From: a virus | Reading direction: 5' to 3' (one strand) | IMG/VR virus record: IMGVR_UViG_3300045978_000375 | Location: 570-64,569 of that record | Length of the DNA: 64,000 nt | Shown: positions 62,869 to 64,000 of the stretch, piece by piece | Numbering within the stretch: position 1 is the first letter of the stretch | Layout of the letters: each line of letters starts with the position of its first letter | Notes under the pieces: generated by a model | The model's input: the letters and a program-made list of their open reading frames with translations, nothing else | What the model was told of the DNA's origin: nothing | The model's database searches: none | Program-made: the position numbers and the translations under genes

Positions 62869-62918
62869 TGACCAGGGCGGAGAGCCTGCCTCGTAAGCAG
62901 GGGAGCGCTCCCTGGTCA
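62869..62918 (+). promoter_or_regulatory. structured leader enclosing the methyltransferase RBS and start codon
   Basis: TGACCAGGG (62869-62877) pairs with CCCTGGTCA (62910-62918, includes the A of the ATG). Inner stem CCTGC/GCAGG and 12-bp palindrome GGGAGCGCTCCC. Confidence 0.45.
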
Positions 62919-64000
62919 TGCTGTTCATTGGCGCGATACCGCGACCGGTGGTCGAGCAAGCCCTGAAGGTCGTGGACCTCAGCGGGGTGGAGGACGTGTT
63001 CGTTTGCTGCTCGGGTTCCTTCCGGCTCGAGCAGGCGCTCGCGGCGCGCTTCAAGGACGTGCGGGTCCATTCGAACGACGTCTCGCTGCTCTCGACGGCG
63101 CTCGGGCGGTACGCAACCGGCAACCCGCTCGCTTGGCAGTTCCATGGCAGGCTCGAGTTTCTCGAGCGCTTCGGTCGGCACGACCCGCTCGAGCGCCTCG
63201 CGGCCCTCGCGGTCGCGGTCCGGTGCGGGCACTTCGCTGGTAAAAACGCCTTCGCGCGCTCGCACTTTGCCCACTACGAGGCGAACGCCGACGACTACGT
63301 GGCCGGCCAGAAGGCGAAGCTCTCGAGCTACCTCGCCAGGCTCAGGCTCGCGAGTTTTACGGCCCGGGACTTCCGTGAGCACGCGCGGGCCGCCGTCGCT
63401 GCTGGGGCCTGGGTGTTCGCCTGGCCGCCGACCTACAAGGGCGGCTACGAGCAGCTCTTCCGGCTCATCCGCGAGAACACGAGCTGGGAGGAGCCCACCT
63501 ACGACGTCTTCGACCCGAAGTCGCTGCCGGGCTGGCTCGATGAGCTCGAGCAGGTCGAGGCGCGCTTCGTGGTCTGCGCCGATCATGAGCTCGAGGGCCA
63601 TCGGGCTGCCGCGATGTACGCGCCGGGGCGGGCTCGGCGCATCTGGCTCTACACGTCATCCGGCAGGAGCGCCTCGCTTCGCCGCGAGCAGGCGAAACGC
63701 GAGCCATTCCGCTACGAGCCGGTCGATGCGACCTCGCTCGGCCCGACAGCGGACGTCCGGCTCGTGCAGGTCACGGGGCCGCGGATGAACTTCCTGAAGG
63801 ATCACTACCTCGCGCCTGGTCTCGAGCATTCGGACGGCGACATGCGTTTCGTCGTATTCGTGAGCGGCAAAGTTCGCGGGCGGCTTCATCTACCGAAAAG
63901 ACGCGCGCCGGGACGACGAGATTTACCTGATCTGCGACTTCTCGGTTTCGCGCGACCGACGCCTCTCGAAGCTCGTCGCCATGCTGGCGACCGGAGAGGA
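62918..64000 (+). CDS. N6-adenine DNA methyltransferase-like gene with an apparent frame break near 63869-63881; 3' end outside window
   Basis: Not in the ORF track because there is no stop before the window end. FVCCSGSFRLE (motif I-like) and AWPPTYKGGYEQLF (DPPY-type motif IV). High-GC3 frame changes by +1 after about 63870. Confidence 0.5.
   Translation, partial: MLFIGAIPRPVVEQALKVVDLSGVEDVFVCCSGSFRLEQALAARFKDVRVHSNDVSLLSTALGRYATGNPLAWQFHGRLEFLERFGRHDPLERLAALAVAVRCGHFAGKNAFARSHFAHYEANADDYVAGQKAKLSSYLARLRLASFTARDFREHARAAVAAGAWVFAWPPTYKGGYEQLFRLIRENTSWEEPTYDVFDPKSLPGWLDELEQVEARFVVCADHELEGHRAAAMYAPGRARRIWLYTSSGRSASLRREQAKREPFRYEPVDATSLGPTADVRLVQVTGPRMNFLKDHYLAPGLEHSDGDMRFVVFVSGKVRGRLHLPKRRAPGRRDLPDLRLLGFARPTPLEARRHAGDRRG

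Larger units (their letters stand above)
1..64000. mobile_element. temperate myovirus-like phage / prophage genome (near complete; Mu-like morphogenesis module, lambdoid-style early regions)
   Basis: Continuous phage gene content: terminase, portal, MuF, capsid, sheath, tube, tape measure, baseplate, lysis, repressor/Cro switch, recombination, integrase, DnaB. No host housekeeping genes seen. Confidence 0.85.

Noticed and set aside
62801-63601. 266-aa minus-strand ORF and + strand ORF 63144-63788 listed in the track
   Set aside because: The third + frame (ATG 62918) is not in the track because it has no stop before the window end. It has the high-GC3 signature and methyltransferase-like motifs. 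The listed ORFs are its antisense and shifted frames.

Overview
The window is very GC-rich, with G/C dominating third codon positions. It reads as an almost complete genome of a temperate, contractile-tailed phage or prophage. No flanking host genes and no tRNA, rRNA or CRISPR were seen.

Layout:
- 1-38630 (+): late operon of about 50 mostly start/stop-coupled genes. They are small and large terminase, a 7-kb accessory block, then a Mu-like order of portal, MuF, protease/scaffold, capsid, sheath, tube, chaperone, tape measure, baseplate and fibres, followed by a lysis cassette and two accessory genes.
- 38654-45231 (-): leftward early operon with a Cas4-like exonuclease, a putative annealing protein and many small ORFs.
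- 45193-45819: immunity switch, with divergent HTH repressor and Cro-like genes and duplicated promoter-operator cassettes.
- 45817-60280 (+): rightward early operon. It holds a pentapeptide-repeat protein, ASCH, an MTase-like gene, xis/int, a RuvC-like resolvase, an initiator-like gene and DnaB.
- 60287-62490 (-): DUF488/ParB/RadC cassette, divergent from an adenine-methyltransferase-like gene that runs off the window end.

There is no Mu-type transposase. The element combines Mu-like morphogenesis with a lambdoid-style switch, integrase and replication genes.

Best candidates for something undescribed:
- the near-perfect pentapeptide-repeat protein with a Cys/His C-domain and its neighbouring paralog block;
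- the MuF-ADP-ribosyltransferase fusion with a lone antisense ORF as candidate immunity;
- the ParB/RadC/DUF488 plus methyltransferase island;
- a phage-borne receiver-domain protein;
- an ASCH plus truncated C5-MTase-like pair;
- an integrase ORF that reads through an attP-like repeat region.

All functional calls rest on motifs I could read by eye plus synteny. No database search was possible. Many genes remain hypothetical, and start codons are often chosen by overlap coupling (ATGA/GTGA).
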